Shown: positions 10,827-24,183, numbered from the whole stretch's first letter. The stretch: DNA of 63,718 nucleotides, filler included, from Craspedostauros australis (GCA_030167865.1; 16 parts of 16 records of this genome joined end to end with filler, not necessarily neighbours in it); one strand, 5' to 3'. Notes: a model not told the origin generated them from the sequence alone. Translations and numbers: made by a program.

Positions 10827-12992
10827 CTATCCGTGTCATTGTCACCACTCCAATTGGAGCGCTTGGGTACATCAGCGAGAATCAAGATCATCGAGATGGG
10901 CGCAACTCTTTTTCGTCCAAGGAGCAGGTGATACTTGGGGGGGACAGGCGGGTCCCTCTCGTACGTCACCACTGCGCCACCACGTGCAGGATTGGTGAAC
11001 TCCAACCACCACCGCTTCTCCTCTTTCTCACACATACGCACACACAATCGCATGTACTCATATATCCAGAGCGTCGGCGTGCACTGCCGTATCAGACTTT
11101 CATCACATGGTACAAATCAGTCTTCTTGGTCGTACAGACCAAACACCCGATGACGTTCTCCCCTTCCATCGGATCTGCCACTTTCGCAGAGGACGCGCAC
11201 CAAATCGAGCTCCGCAAGTGTACAGACAATCACGCCTCATGCTTGCCTCTTCACCAGCAGCGAGCGGAGCCCCAACGCTAAAAGGAGGAACCCTCTCACA
11301 ACGGAACCCAGAAGAGGAGTTGCCTGATCAAACCATGCCTCGTGTGTGCCACACCATCTATCTGCGTGACGGTTCTTCCCAGGCATTGAGAATGCTCGCC
11401 GATCTTGCCATGTTGCTGTCAAGAGAGGGATAATCGTACGAAGAAGACAAAGACCCAGCACTGTCGTCTGTACTTACATGCGCCCACGATAGACATTCCG
11501 CGACGAATCACGCAGCGATGATCGTTCCACAATGGACATAAGATGAGAGTTGTTCGCACACCATGCGAGAACAGATAACTATCACCTTACGATCGACTAC
11601 ATTATGGTACTCTGTCCAACTCTACTTTTCGATCAGTCTGCGTCGCATCCGCGCCATCTCGAATGTTGTTGATTGATCGTCGCGGATGGGCTGCGTAGAA
11701 ATTGTGAGATGAAAAGAGTTTCGAAACTTTCCAGCGATGTTTCATGCCAATCTCCAAACATGTAGGGCCAGCAACCGCTCGGCAGTGGAGAGTCAGGATG
11801 CGTCCGCCACCGTGATTCCTCTACGCACGAGTGTTGCTGAGATGGGAGTGTACTCCAAGGCTCCATCCGTTCTCAAAGAGCCCTCTTGCTTTGCTCGCAC
11901 ATGATGTACTCGAGAAAGAACTTCTGACCAACGCACCATGAAAGGGTCTCACAAAGAATGCCAATGATAACAGCCCAGACTCACCCATGACCCTTCGTTC
12001 ACTTCGTCCAATCTCTCATGGAGTTTATGGACCGAGTAGGAGAGGACATCGCCTGGTCTAACCGCCTTCGCATCCTGTGATGAAGAAAGGCAGAGCCAAA
12101 TTTGATGTCACAGGGAGAAGAGCGGATACAGTGCAGTATGTACGTCAACGCAGAGCGAAGTGGAAGGGTGAAGTTATGAGATGAGGTACAGATCATTGCG
12201 AAGTCCATACGATCCATCAACAGCGGATGCAGGTACCCTGTGCATGTTGCGAGTATATCCGTACCCGCAGAGCATCAGAGAGAAGCGAGATCACAACAAG
12301 ACAGTGTGCGCAAGTGCGAAACAAGTATGGCTCTTGGCACCACGTACATCATCATCATCCTCCACATCCAGAATTGAATTGGAGTACGATTGTGATAAGA
12401 GTGGTTCAGTAGAGAGTTGTACATCCAACATGACGTAGAAGGTCAGAGTTGAAAGGAGCGAACAAAGCAAGTGAATGAGTGAGTGAGAATCGAAGCAAAC
12501 AGAAGCATCCCTGTCAGGTATCTGTACGAAAGCGTGTTTACTCCGTGGCTGCCGTATCATGCGGAAAGCTTACCTCCTCCACCACCACATCCTCCTCCAC
12601 CGCCGCATCCTCCTCCACCACCGCAGCCTCCTTTTTTGTACGTTCGTTCGTTCATTTGGTTGTTCATTTGGTTGTTCATTTGGTTTTCATAATTGCAGGG
12701 GCGACGGATCGATCAGAAACCAGATAGACAGCACGTCCGTGAGACGTATCAGTGTGAGTGTGAGCACGAGCGTGAACTTCATATTTCGCTGTTCATCATC
12801 CCACAAGTGAAGCATTCATCTCAGTGTCCAGAATACCCCATCTGACAACTTACCACCGCCNNNNNNNNNNNNNNNNNNNNNNNNNNNNNNNNNNNNNNNN
12901 NNNNTTAATTAATTAANNNNNNNNNNNNNNNNNNNNNNNNNNNNNNNNNNNNNNNNNNNNGTTGATCGTGGAATTCGCTCGGTTATTTCGTT

Positions 12993-14008
12993 TCATGTAC
13001 TTACCTGTATGGCCGCCACCTTCTCGTACGTGGAGGGTGCGTAGTGTGTAGCGGTTCCGATGGTGGAGTCATCGCAACGGGAGGGCACACATGTGATGCG
13101 CGTGTTCAGGTCAACACGGCGTTGTGGCGTAGTAGCCCCAACACGCGACAAGCCAACGAATACGGATCGTTTATTTGCAGAACGAGCTTTTGGAACGACA
13201 GAAACGATGGGGTGAGAACTGTGTTGTTCGACAACGCGCACAATCAACACAGATGCCCTCACCACGCTCTCCTTGTCGTTCGTAGTTACCTCCATCTCCA
13301 TGTAGTTGATACCGCTGAGAACGCCATCGCTGGCGCGCTCGAATCGATTCGTGACAGCGAACGGCAAATCCACTTTCTGCGTGCGCACTGGTACTCCTTC
13401 GCGCTTTTTCATGCGCGACATCGCCTGAGCTGTAGCATTCACACGCGCCTTTTCGTCATCGAACGTTGTCACCCACGACTGGTTGGCAACAGCAAAATCA
13501 TCGCGCAATTGCTCGTGGAGAAGTTCAACGTTTGCAAGAGCAGCGTTTTGCATCACTTCAAGCACGACAGACATGCCACCAGGCGCAACATGCACGCGAA
13601 GGTCTTTGTGGCAAGTGCCACCGGTGAGTTCAAACGCAAGATCGATGACACGTTCGCCATTCACGTTGCGGTAGAAGGTGCGGGTCACGGGAAGATTTTG
13701 GTGGTTGTTGGCGTCGAGCCACTTCATGACGTCGGCGTCAGTGGTGGCGACAGGTGATGGAGGAGCAGCTTTGGTCATGGCTGGTAGGATGGTGGTGTTT
13801 GTTCGTTGCAGTGGTGGTGGCTGCGTTGTAGCGTTGTTGTCGTTGTCGTTGTTGTTGTCGTTGTCGTTGTCCAGGTTGGTGAGGTCGATGTCTGGTCGGA
13901 TCATTCGAGAAGCTTCTCGAATTTCCCTGGCGTTCGCAGCAAGCTCGGAAACGGTTGGAGATTCGTTTGCGTCTTTCCCGACTGAATCAAAATTATGAGT
14001 CACGTATT
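12993..14008 (-). CDS. Hypothetical protein, partial, with a beta-rich domain loosely resembling HSP20/ACD
   Basis: 336-aa open frame filling a 1-kb contig. Possible GTAAGT donor at 13004. Confidence 0.55.
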
Positions 14009-14108
14009 NNNNNNNNNNNNNNNNNNNNNNNNNNNNNNNNNNNNNNNNNNNNTTAATTAATTAANNNNNNNNNNNNNNNNNNNNNNNNNNNNNNNNNNNN
14101 NNNNNNNN

Positions 14109-15324
14109 GGGACCTTTCCTGCTCGCACTCTTCTACACTTGCTTTCTGCTTGCAGCATCGCTGTGATCCGGTCGTTGTCCAATTTCTCTAGCTGCTGCGC
14201 TTGGGATGCTGTGACTGGCCCCGCTCCTATGGCAGTGTCCAGCTCGCGCGCTCGGTGAAGCAGCTGGAGCTTCTTGGCCTGCGCCGTGTATTCCGCCTTG
14301 TACTTGCGTACTGTGGATGGTTGGCTCATCTGGAGCCTGCGTCCTCGGAATGGTGTGGTGGGTTGTTTGGTTGGCCCAAAGAGATTGCTTTCTCCGATGT
14401 CCATCCACACCATCCGGTGGTCCCAGCAGCCGTACGCCGTTGCTCCAAGCTGGTTGGGCTTCACGTCGCTGGTGGTCCAGATGCCGTCGATGGGAACGTG
14501 GCTCCGGTTTCTTATCATGGTTGCGTAGGGTCGGTCGATTGTGTTGGTGTGGTGTTCGTGTAGCCCTGCGGCCGTCAGCATGTCAGTGATCTTCGATCTC
14601 CGAACGTCCATGTTGACGTCGCCGCCGACGATGATGGACTCTCCTGCGTGTCGCCATTGCTCAATTTGTGTGCGCAGGTCTTGGATGAGAAGGTCGATGG
14701 GATCGAGCGTGGATTGCCTCTGTGCAGCTCTGACTGCTTGTTGATTGTAGACCGTTCCCGCGGTCTGTGTGGATTTGGTGGGAATGTACACTGCGACTGT
14801 GCGTACTTTGATGCCATGCTTTCCTTGGAGAAGGACGCTTGCCCATCTGCCGCATTTCTCAGGGTCGCTGTCGCGCGAGAGTACTCGGCCAGCTATCTTC
14901 CCATGCACAACAATCGCTGTGCCTCCCCATTGTCTCGGGCTGTTGGACTGGGTTTGGCAGTGCGCTGTGTTCGTTTTCGTCATCTTCAGGTGCTGTTCTG
15001 CTCTGCGGCACAAGGTTGCATCTGTGGGTGTCTTGCTCCAGTTGATACCCACTTCTGTCAGCAGGAGTACATCCACTTGATGCTGCTTGATGGTCTGCCA
15101 CAGATCATCATTTTTTGGGTCGGTTTTGTCTGGTGGAATGCCGCCTGCGTTGAGGGTGGCAATCCTGATTTGTGTGGTTGGCTTGTCGTTGGTCTGGTGC
15201 CCCAGGTGGTGGTGTTGGCCGGTCGAATCATCCGATCTCGAGATTCCGGCATTGGTGGGTCCGTTGCGGTTCGGGCTGGACTGTGCCCGCATGCGGCTGA
15301 CTATCATGGCGACTGTCCCCCATT
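14109..15324 (-). mobile_element. Non-LTR retrotransposon (LINE) ORF2 N-terminus: APE-type endonuclease
   Basis: IRIATLNAGG, VDVLLLTE, WGGTAI, GRWASV, VYIP, IIVGGDVN, PIDGIW and DHRMVWMD match the EEP/APE motifs. Frame intact and running off the contig. Confidence 0.9.
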
Positions 15325-15424
15325 NNNNNNNNNNNNNNNNNNNNNNNNNNNNNNNNNNNNNNNNNNNNTTAATTAATTAANNNNNNNNNNNNNNNNNNNN
15401 NNNNNNNNNNNNNNNNNNNNNNNN

Positions 15425-16961
15425 CTGGGTTGGAAAGGCTCCACTCCCATTGCTGGGAAATGGAGTTGAAGGCGAGAATGTCCTTTCTCTCCAGCTCTTC
15501 GAGAGCTTGCAGGGTGAAGAAGACGTTTCCATCTGTCTTGGCGTGGAGCTTCTCGGATAGATCTTCGATGTCGTTGCAGTCCAGCATGCTTGAGAGCCAT
15601 GCGGTCATGTCATCCAGCGCGAGGTTGGTGATCGTGATCTGCTGGAGGGTTCGCGGAGGGCGGCGCTTCCTGGCTTGGGACATTGATGTGGTGGAAGTCA
15701 CAACGGATGCATCATCGGGACCACCTGCTTTGTGGGTGCCGTCTTCACCCTCCTCTGACGACAACGGCGTGACGAGGCACCGCGCCAGCGGGTGGTCTGG
15801 AGTGAGATCCAGTGGTTCATCTGTATGCGGGTTGGTGTCCTGACGAATGGCACCAAGCAGAAGGAAGTTTTGCAACCCGAAATCAGCTACCAACCGGGCA
15901 ATCAGGCTAAGGCCCACCTCGGCAGACCACTGCAGATCGTCGAGGAACATGTAGATGGGTCGTTCCTTCGTCGAGACTGCCTTAATGAACTGTACGAAGA
16001 TGTACTGGAGCTGGTTCCACGTCTTTTCTGTCATGGCTCCACCCGCCTCCGGTGAAGATCCATCGCCGATGGCGGTGCTACCGTTCATGCTGATGCTGTA
16101 GTTATCGCGTTGGCTAACGGATTGGCCCATGACAGAAGCGCCGCCTCGGGCTGACTTGGATGTCAAGATGGAGAGAGATGGCACCACTTTCACCATTGGA
16201 CGAAGCCCGCCGCTGGGGAATGCCGCTCGCACGCATTCACGCATCCGATCGAGTTCTTCCTTGGGTCCGTTCTTGAGTTGAGATGTGAAGTCTTGGATGG
16301 CTTGGACGATGGCCGAGAATGGGTCACTCTTTCCTGTGTACTCGTCATACTTTCCACGAAGGACGTAGCAGCAGGAGCAAGACGGTGCTGTCGCTGCCTG
16401 TTCGTTGCTCTGCTTCTGCTTCTGGTTGGAGCCCTTGCCGCAAATGCAGCATGTCTCCAGGAAGTGATCGACGAGAGCGGACTTTCCTGTACCGCTGACA
16501 CCCCAGACCAGCACAGCTGGGTGCACATCGAGCTTCTTGGTTGCTTTTGGTGTTGATGCCGGTTCAGGCTTGGCCTTGTTGTCTTCCTCATCAGTCGATG
16601 GCTCCTGTGGATGAGGAGGATTAGTCGTAGCATCGCTCTGGTGTTCTCCGATGACCTTGTCCTTCAGAGCTTTGAGCTGCTCGAGCTCCGCCTCTCTACC
16701 AAGGAATTGCGATGTATCCTTCCAGGGAGCGACGCCACTTGATGGGCCAACTGCACCAGCTCCATTGTCGTTTGTGGCGTTGGTGTTACGGTTGGCGTCG
16801 TCTTTGACATTGCCAGATCCATCGTCGATGGAAGAGAAGGAGGTGCTGGCGTTCTGTTCTCCTTCCTCCTCGGCCTCCGTGGAAGAGTATCCGTCCTTTT
16901 GGAACTCTCCGATGGATGATGGGAGGTCGTCAAAACAGATTTGAGCTTGCTGGATCTCCAT
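15425..16961 (-). CDS. STAND-class AAA+ NTPase (AAA_16/COG3899-like), N-terminal half, 3'-partial
   Basis: FLGREAELEQL, Walker A GVSGTGKS, GKYDE..DPFSAI, Walker B MFLDDLQW, KTDGNVFF, and a QWEW motif. Confidence 0.88.
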
Positions 16962-18096
16962 GGTGCGAAGTGATGTATGTGATGTGATGTGATGTGATGT
17001 GGAGTGGTAATACACAAGAGAGAGAGAGAGAGAGAGTGATCGATTTCGGCCGAGGTGGCAATGTTATGACCTTCGAACTTCTCTTGCAGAATGATCATTC
17101 ACCTTTGAGCAAAGCAGCGCGTGGATTGCCACGAGATTGCTGCGAGATCGGCAGGAGCCGCGAAGTTGGGAGTGAGGCCCTGTCACTTGGTTGATCGCTG
17201 TTGGTGCCACATGATGCTGTTGATAGCGAAAGAAAAAAGCATGATGGCATTTCCCTTGCTTGCTTGATTGATTGTCTGTTTTGGTTGTTCCGCTGTCGAC
17301 CATGCTGCGGAAAGAGGCGGGTATCGCGCGTCTTGCTTCCAAAAAGCGTCGCCTCTCATTCCGCTCGCGCCATTTCCGCTTCGAAGCAAACTGTGACGTC
17401 TCATCAGATCTTGATGACATCTTCACACCAACGAGCAAGATGTTGGGGGCCTTGCCTTTTGGCGGGTGAGAGAACGGCATCAAAGTCAAGACTGGACGAG
17501 CGACAGAGATGCATCCCTGTGCCAAAGTGCCCTTGTTGATGGTGCGGCCGTTTCCTGTTTGGACTCTTTGTGACTGGATGGCCGACGTCTCTTGTGCCAC
17601 ATCCACTGCCTCCCAAAGTGACATGGGCGAAAACGCTCCCGTGAAGACAAGATCCGTGCCGCGGCTTTTCCGAATCCTAATCGTTGATGACAAAAAGGCA
17701 GGACAACGTCTGGATGGGGTGAGGAGCGGAATGCCCGCCTTCGCGACGGACGTTTCCCAACGAACGTGCGAACACTGGCGCGCGTTTTCGTATCTGTGTT
17801 TGGCTACTTTGAGTCCTATGTGTCGAGGTCACGAGTGCATCAGAACACCTGATGAACATCACATCGCAGAGTATCATCGTAATCGTACTTTTGGAGGGTC
17901 CAGTCGATTCAATCGGCACACTTTCGATAAATGTGGTATATCAGTATCTGCCGCTGCAGCCAAGACCAACAACATGCTTGACTTGCAGCGACCGCTGTTG
18001 TTGGTGTTGTTATTGCTTGCAAATTGGAACTAGGTGTATACCTTTGCATGATGTAATGCTGTGTTTGTAATGCATAATGTAATAATATCCCAATCC

Positions 18097-18633
18097 TTAA
18101 TCGATGTCAGTCAGCACAGAGAGATCATCATCATCGAGGCCCACGGAACCATCCAGACCATCCCCAAGCTCCGATCCGAGCACGAGCGCGTTGCCGTGAC
18201 CATCTCCACCCTTGCTACGATCGGTGAATACGTTAAGCTCGGTGCATCTCGAGGTGATCGCTCCAGTGAAGGTGTCCCGGGTGATCCCGAAGAGGTAGTT
18301 GCCATTGCCGTCGGCTGTGAGGCCCTCTGGACGCTGACGGTTCGGATCATTGAGAGTCTTCAAGTACTTCTTGCGCCGCTGCTTGATATCGGTCACCTTG
18401 CTCTTGCCGCCCCACGCCGCATAGTAGTCAACGGCGTGCACGAAGTAGTCGCCAACCATTTCCTTGGAGCCGTGCTCGATAAAGTGCTCTCCTGCCATCT
18501 CATTGGTGAGGGCAGCATCATGGATGCAGCCGGCCTTGGTTGCTGCGATGATCGCAAGGTTGTAGGCATGCTGGATCCTGGGGCTCTGCTTGTTCTTGAG
18601 GGTGATCGCGAGCTCTTCTGCCTCCATCATGAG
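18097..18633 (-). CDS. C-terminus of a second STAND/COG3899-like ATPase-TPR protein, 5'-partial
   Basis: AYNLAIIAATKAGCIHDAALTNEMAGEHF...AVDYYAAWGGKSKV resembles the YxxAI...HxxALAxE...YxxWGAxAKV tail of this family. Confidence 0.82.
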   Translation of the reverse strand, partial: LMMEAEELAITLKNKQSPRIQHAYNLAIIAATKAGCIHDAALTNEMAGEHFIEHGSKEMVGDYFVHAVDYYAAWGGKSKVTDIKQRRKKYLKTLNDPNRQRPEGLTADGNGNYLFGITRDTFTGAITSRCTELNVFTDRSKGGDGHGNALVLGSELGDGLDGSVGLDDDDLSVLTDID

Positions 18634-19484
18634 NNNNNNNNNNNNNNNNNNNNNNNNNNNNNNNNNNNNNNNNNNNNTTAATTAATTAANNNNNNNNNNN
18701 NNNNNNNNNNNNNNNNNNNNNNNNNNNNNNNNNTGGTAGGGAAAAGCTGTAGAAATTTAACACGGAGGCTTTATAATGGCTCTGACAGATCCTTTAGGGC
18801 TGGTCCACGAAGGGATATGTACAATGCGAATACATATGCATCAACAGGAACTGTACGCAGCTCTATATACATCAAGTAGCCTTCAAACCAATAGTTCGTC
18901 CGAGTTGAAGAACGCACGTAGCATGTCCCTATTGGAGCGCTCGCACAACGATGAGTGAAATAACGGACAAACAAGTCCAGTGAGTCTGACATGAATAAGA
19001 GCAACAATAAAGGACATCCTAAGTTGTTCAATCACATTGAGCACGACTGATGTTGCTCCAATCGTGCTACAATGACGATATGCGGACAGACTGTCACTCT
19101 TTCATTCAATCCCGTTTTCACTTTTAGTCCTACTGGTCGAAGTTGTCAGTGTTCGGTTTCGTTCTGGATAGAGATGTTCGCTTTCTCTTCTTCTTTGATC
19201 TGCAACACCACAACCAACCAACCATCACCAAGGCCGACCATTGTTTGCGAATCACACACCTTTCAACAGTGGCATCGTCATTCGATGACGAACGCTTTGC
19301 ATCTTACTCGTCGATTGTATCTGTGGCTCCGCTCTTCATACTTCACATCCAAACCCAGCGCCCTTCCAAGAGTCAAAAACGTTTCAAACAAGGAGGAAAC
19401 GAGAGTGCAGACAAGCACACTGGACTGCAGGGGCAGAATAGAGCATAGTACCAAACCAAGAGTTGACGCAAGAGTTGACGCAAG

Positions 19485-21187
19485 ATGTTCCGTCGTTCGC
19501 TCGTTGAGGCCAGAAGGCGCCTGGTGAAGCTCACCCTGAAGACTGCGGCCGTCGTGGGATTCGTGGAAGTGACGACGCATCTGCCATCCGAGGGACGATC
19601 GTCCCAATTCTACCACACATTGACGGATCGCGTTGGCACGCCGTTGTTTCGAGCTGTGCTGAGTGCGGAAGGTGAGCACAGTTTTTGTGTGTACAGGTGG
19701 ATTCAGTTGATGGTGAGGGAGGGTGGCGCACGTTTGAGTCTTCGTGATGAGATGGAATCGTTGGAGAGGTCGTTTCCCAAGACATGCGGACATGCCAATA
19801 CAATGCTGCTGCCATCCTCTCTTTTTCTGCGAGCAGTCTAACCATTTGCTGACCCATTGCTGACCGGCTGCATAAGTACATGCATACTCGCCCATCTACT
19901 CTCCCCCATACACCATCTTGTGATTCGCTGTTTGCAGATGCCCATACCGCAGCCATGTTCGCGTTGCAATATGGGCTGGCGCCTGTCCACCGTCCCAACG
20001 CCTCCGAACAATCCTTGAGAGATGGCGGGAAGGTGACCATCATGGGACTGACGTTCTCGAATCCAGTCGGAATCGCAGCAGGCTTTGACAAGGATGGCGC
20101 CGTGATTCAGCAGGCATTCGATTTGGGATGCGGTATGTTGGAGATTGGATCCATCACGTTGGAACCGCAGCCCGGCAACCCCAAGCCACGCATATTCCGC
20201 CTTGTGGAAGATGGCGGAGTCATCAACCGATGCGGGTTCAACGGATTGGGTTCCCAAGTTGCCAAGCAAAATCTTGAAACGTACATGCAACGCAAGATGG
20301 CAACGAACCGTGGGAGCACCAGCGGGAGTGGCAACGAGAGAGTACTGGGGATCAACCTGGGCAAGAACAAGATCCCATCACGATCGACGCCGCTGGAGGA
20401 GTATCAGGAATTGATTGGGCTTCTGGGACCGTTCGCAGACTATCTCGTCATCAACGTGTCGTCTCCCAATACACCGGGCCTTCGAGATTTGCAAGCATCG
20501 GACAAGCTGAGAGCTTTGCTACAAGGATGCATCGAGAGTCGCGACGTTTTGGTGCAGCAATTGAATGCTGAGGCTGGCGATGGCGCGACACCGACAACGA
20601 TAGATGCGAATGCAGACGAACAAACTTCCAATGCAAACAAGAACGACGGTTCACGACGACACATCCCACTGCTCGTCAAACTGGCTCCCGATTTGTCGCT
20701 GCAGGAGATGGAACTGATCGCCGAAGTCCTGATGGAGATGAAGGTGGATGGCATGGTCTTAACCAACACCAGCAACCAACGGCCCACTAGCAACAATACC
20801 AGCAGCAGCTCGGGTGGCAACTTGTTGAGAAGCCGCAATCGCCACGAGGTCGGTGGCTTGTCAGGCACACCCATCAAGGACATGTCGACGGATCGGATCC
20901 GCACCATGTACCGATTGACGAATGGCAGTATTCCGATCATTGGCGTCGGTGGCATCGCCAACGGATACGACGCCTACGAGAAGGTCTGCGCCGGCGCATC
21001 GCTGGTGCAACTGTACACTGGCATGGTGTACGGCGGGGCGGGCGCGATCAGCCGTATTCGCAAGGAGTTGGCGGAAGTGCTGATTCAGCACGGCCACCGC
21101 TCCGTGGAGGATGCGGTGGGGTCAGATCATGCCGATATGTACTGGAAACGGCAGCAATCGAAGATGGTGGCTCACGCAGAGCAGTAA
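19485..21187 (+). CDS. DHODH: Dihydroorotate dehydrogenase class 2 (quinone, mitochondrial); exons 19485-19671 and 19938-21187
   Basis: NPVGIAAGFDK, PQPGNPKPRIFRL, INRCGFN, NVSSPNTPGLR, KLAPD, GGLSG and IIGVGG. The GTGAGC...TGCAG intron 19672-19937 gives SAE|DAH. Arg-rich N-terminal presequence. Confidence 0.96.
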
Positions 21188-21587
21188 CGTGTGCTGGTAT
21201 AGCTGACACTGAAAAGGTATAGGTGGGAATGAACGGATACTCATGGCATATTGTGAGGCTAGTATGATTCAGTTCCATCCAGAGAGATAGAGATAGAGAG
21301 CGCTCCACTGTGTCAGCAACCCGTTATCGACTCTTGCTCCATTCTATGTTCGTTTGAAGCAATCAAAACGGGATTGGAAGCACAGCGCAATCGTGAAGTA
21401 TTGCCACGACCACTTGGAATCAATAACGAAACAGAACGATGACGTGTTGTATCGCCGTTCGTGTTCTCGTTGTGGAGACACGCGACAGTGAAGTCGATGG
21501 GATTGAAGATGTGTCGAATGACACTAGAGGATTCTCGCATTCGGATTATTCAGTCCCACGGTACAAAATAACCTGATAGAGACACTT

Positions 21588-22269
21588 CTGAGGGGGGCGG
21601 GATCCGAACTTCCCCCTCGGAAATTGAACTTCAACTTCGATTTGGTGCCCCAAATCGGAAACGGCANCCAATTCTGAGTCCTGCCAAAAGCGAACTTCCA
21701 CGCGTAGGNNAAATGTGCGCAATCAACACAGCGTTTTCATTGGCCAGTTCGTAGTCGTCTGTGTCCATTTTTTGACGTCGCCTGCTTCGACTCAGTTCGG
21801 TTCGCGCGCGCGCCTGCCAATCCCCCCAGAAAGCGCCACCACAAACCTATACGTGGTCCGTCTTACAGGGGGAGCCCCGTTTTGGAGACTTGAGTGTTCG
21901 CGATGGAGATCCTCACTTTCGCGAGGATTAAGGTCTTCGCAATGCCCATGTGTCGTCACGATTCGTGTTTTTCCCACGACAGCTGCGNNGGATTNCTCAA
22001 ACAAGACTTATTTTTGCGATTCGTCCAACACTCCTCGCGCACGTTCGTNATGTGTCAGGTCCCGCACTTTTTCATCAAACGGCTCGTTTCCGCATGGTAC
22101 CAACAATGGTTTCGCGTTTTTTTCCAATTCTGAAGGAAAATGGTTGATTCGATTGTTGAGATCAATCTCTTTTCGCATCTCCTGTGCGCCAACCACCACA
22201 TGATTCCTGCCTCTTCTTGTTGCTTTCTGTCCAAACATCAACCAGTACACAAAAATAGGGACGATAATG
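21588..22269. mobile_element. Probable non-coding terminus of a multicopy DNA element
   Basis: Starts with a G-run and hairpin (GAGGGGG...CCCCCTC). Several isolated N bases suggest collapsed copies. The contig breaks at an ATG. Confidence 0.3.
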
Positions 22270-22369
22270 NNNNNNNNNNNNNNNNNNNNNNNNNNNNNNN
22301 NNNNNNNNNNNNNTTAATTAATTAANNNNNNNNNNNNNNNNNNNNNNNNNNNNNNNNNNNNNNNNNNNN

Positions 22370-23063
22370 GAGACTGTAGACGACACCGACCCAGGCTGTG
22401 GCGATGATGGTCTCGATGGCGCCGATGTTGTTTTCGGTTGCCTTTCCGTAGACAGCTCCGAAGGTGAGAGTGGGAGCGATGACGGAGATGAAGACGAGGA
22501 AGGTGACAGCGATGGTCTTCTGGTTGAAGTTGGTCATTTCCTGTTGAATGCATGGTTAATGCATGGTTGGTAGATGGTCGGTTGGTGGTGATTGCGGTGC
22601 AATGGGGTATTTGGGTGATGAGCGATATAAGATGATGAAGACGAAGATGAAGGTGGTGGAAGCTGGTGAGTGAGGATGCGTACGAATGCGTACGAATGCG
22701 TGCGAATGCGTGCGAATGCATGGTGGGCGAGTGACAGCAGAGCCATTGTATACATGCGATGTGCTGTGTGTTATGTGCGATGTGTTGTGCGCAACACGAG
22801 AGCACATATGAGACTAACATGTGTTTGTAATCGCGCACTACTCTCTGGTACCAGTATGCATCAGGACGTACCTCCACCCAGTGGGTTCCCACGGTGCGCT
22901 TGATGTCGTTGACGATGCCACGTCCCCACATCTGCGGTTCATCCATCGTGACCTTGCCTGCACCTTCGATGAGTTCGGCGTTGGAAGGGAGGCGCAGCAT
23001 GTTGTCGACCTTCTTTGGTCCGTCACTGCCGTCGCCGTTGTTGTTTTTGATATCCTTGCTCAT
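22370..23063 (-). CDS. SLC4: SLC4-family bicarbonate transporter, 3'-partial; exons 23063-22872 and 22540-22370
   Basis: GRGIVNDIKRTVGTHWVE|EMTNFNQKTIAVTFLVFISVIAPTLTFGAVYGKATENNIGAIETI is an SLC4 TM1 signature. GTACGT...AACAG intron 22871-22541. Confidence 0.93.
22677..22720 (+). repeat. 10-bp tandem repeat TGCGT(A/G)CGAA, about 4 copies, in the SLC4 intron
   Basis: Read directly from the sequence. Confidence 0.85.
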
Positions 23064-24183
23064 GTTGACTTGGCGGTGGTGTCTGTTTTTCTTTCGATGT
23101 GATTGTTGTTGCTGTTGTTGTTGCTGCTGCTACTGTTGTTTGGTTTGGTTCGAAAACGAAATTGTGAGATCAATTGGGTCTCTTCGGAGTTTGGCTCCGC
23201 TGACCGTGCTGCCTGTATTAGTAGATACTGGGAATGCTGCCACTAATACGAGTACCAACCCGTGCTTGTGATCCCTGCCTGTTCATGAATTCATGATCTG
23301 GAATGGCTAATAGAATGATGATGATGATGACGACAGCACTGATGGCATGATGCGAGTACTGTCATCATCATCAGCATCAGTGTCAACATACGTATCTGTA
23401 CCATCTCAAGTGCAACCGCAATTCCAGGAAAACTTAACCCGCTTTGGCGACTGCAACAGGTATGGAGGATGCGAATCCATGAAGATCAGCACGATTGTGC
23501 CTGTCTTGGATGACAACATGCTGCATCGACATCAAGATAGTGACGTAAGCGCGACGAACGAGGAACGCGGAATGCGGAGCACTCGTGCATGAGGGCAGTG
23601 GAGATGAGATGAGAAAGGGATGAGAAAAGGAGAGGGAAGGAAAGAGGAGCAAGAAGAGTGGAGAGAAGCGAAGGGTGGAATGACACCAAACGAGTAAGTA
23701 CCGGTACGGTACCGTACGGTAAGGCAAGGTGGGGCGTTCTTCATATCTTCGGTTACTATGTCAGAGCATCAACCACCAACACATTGCCATTGCGAGTAGG
23801 TACTCGCATGTGGTCTGTCTCCACATCGGCACCAAGGGAGAGAAACAACCTGAGCAAGCCACATGACCTGCATGAGCAAGTATCTTCCTTTGAAACAAAC
23901 AAATCCAGAAGCTGGAGGTCACAAGTTTGAATTCAGTGATGAAGTGACGAAGCGACGGAGTGGCGAGGGAACAATCGAAATTCAATGCCACGTGTCCCAG
24001 AGTCTCCATGTCTGCATGACAGTGCGAGACAGCGTTGACATCTTCAACATCCTCCACAAGGTGGATCGGCTGAACAAATAGTCTCTTGTCCGGGATCTCT
24101 TTTTGTGGTCGCTCTTGAGATGTGTTGGTGTGTTGGTGTGTCGCGAGCGTGCTGTTCACAGACACGACACGGAAGGTTCCTGT

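Noticed and set aside
11100..12450. Short ORFs that might be a decayed gene (LPSGCWPYM...)
   Set aside because: Fragmentary and not assignable.
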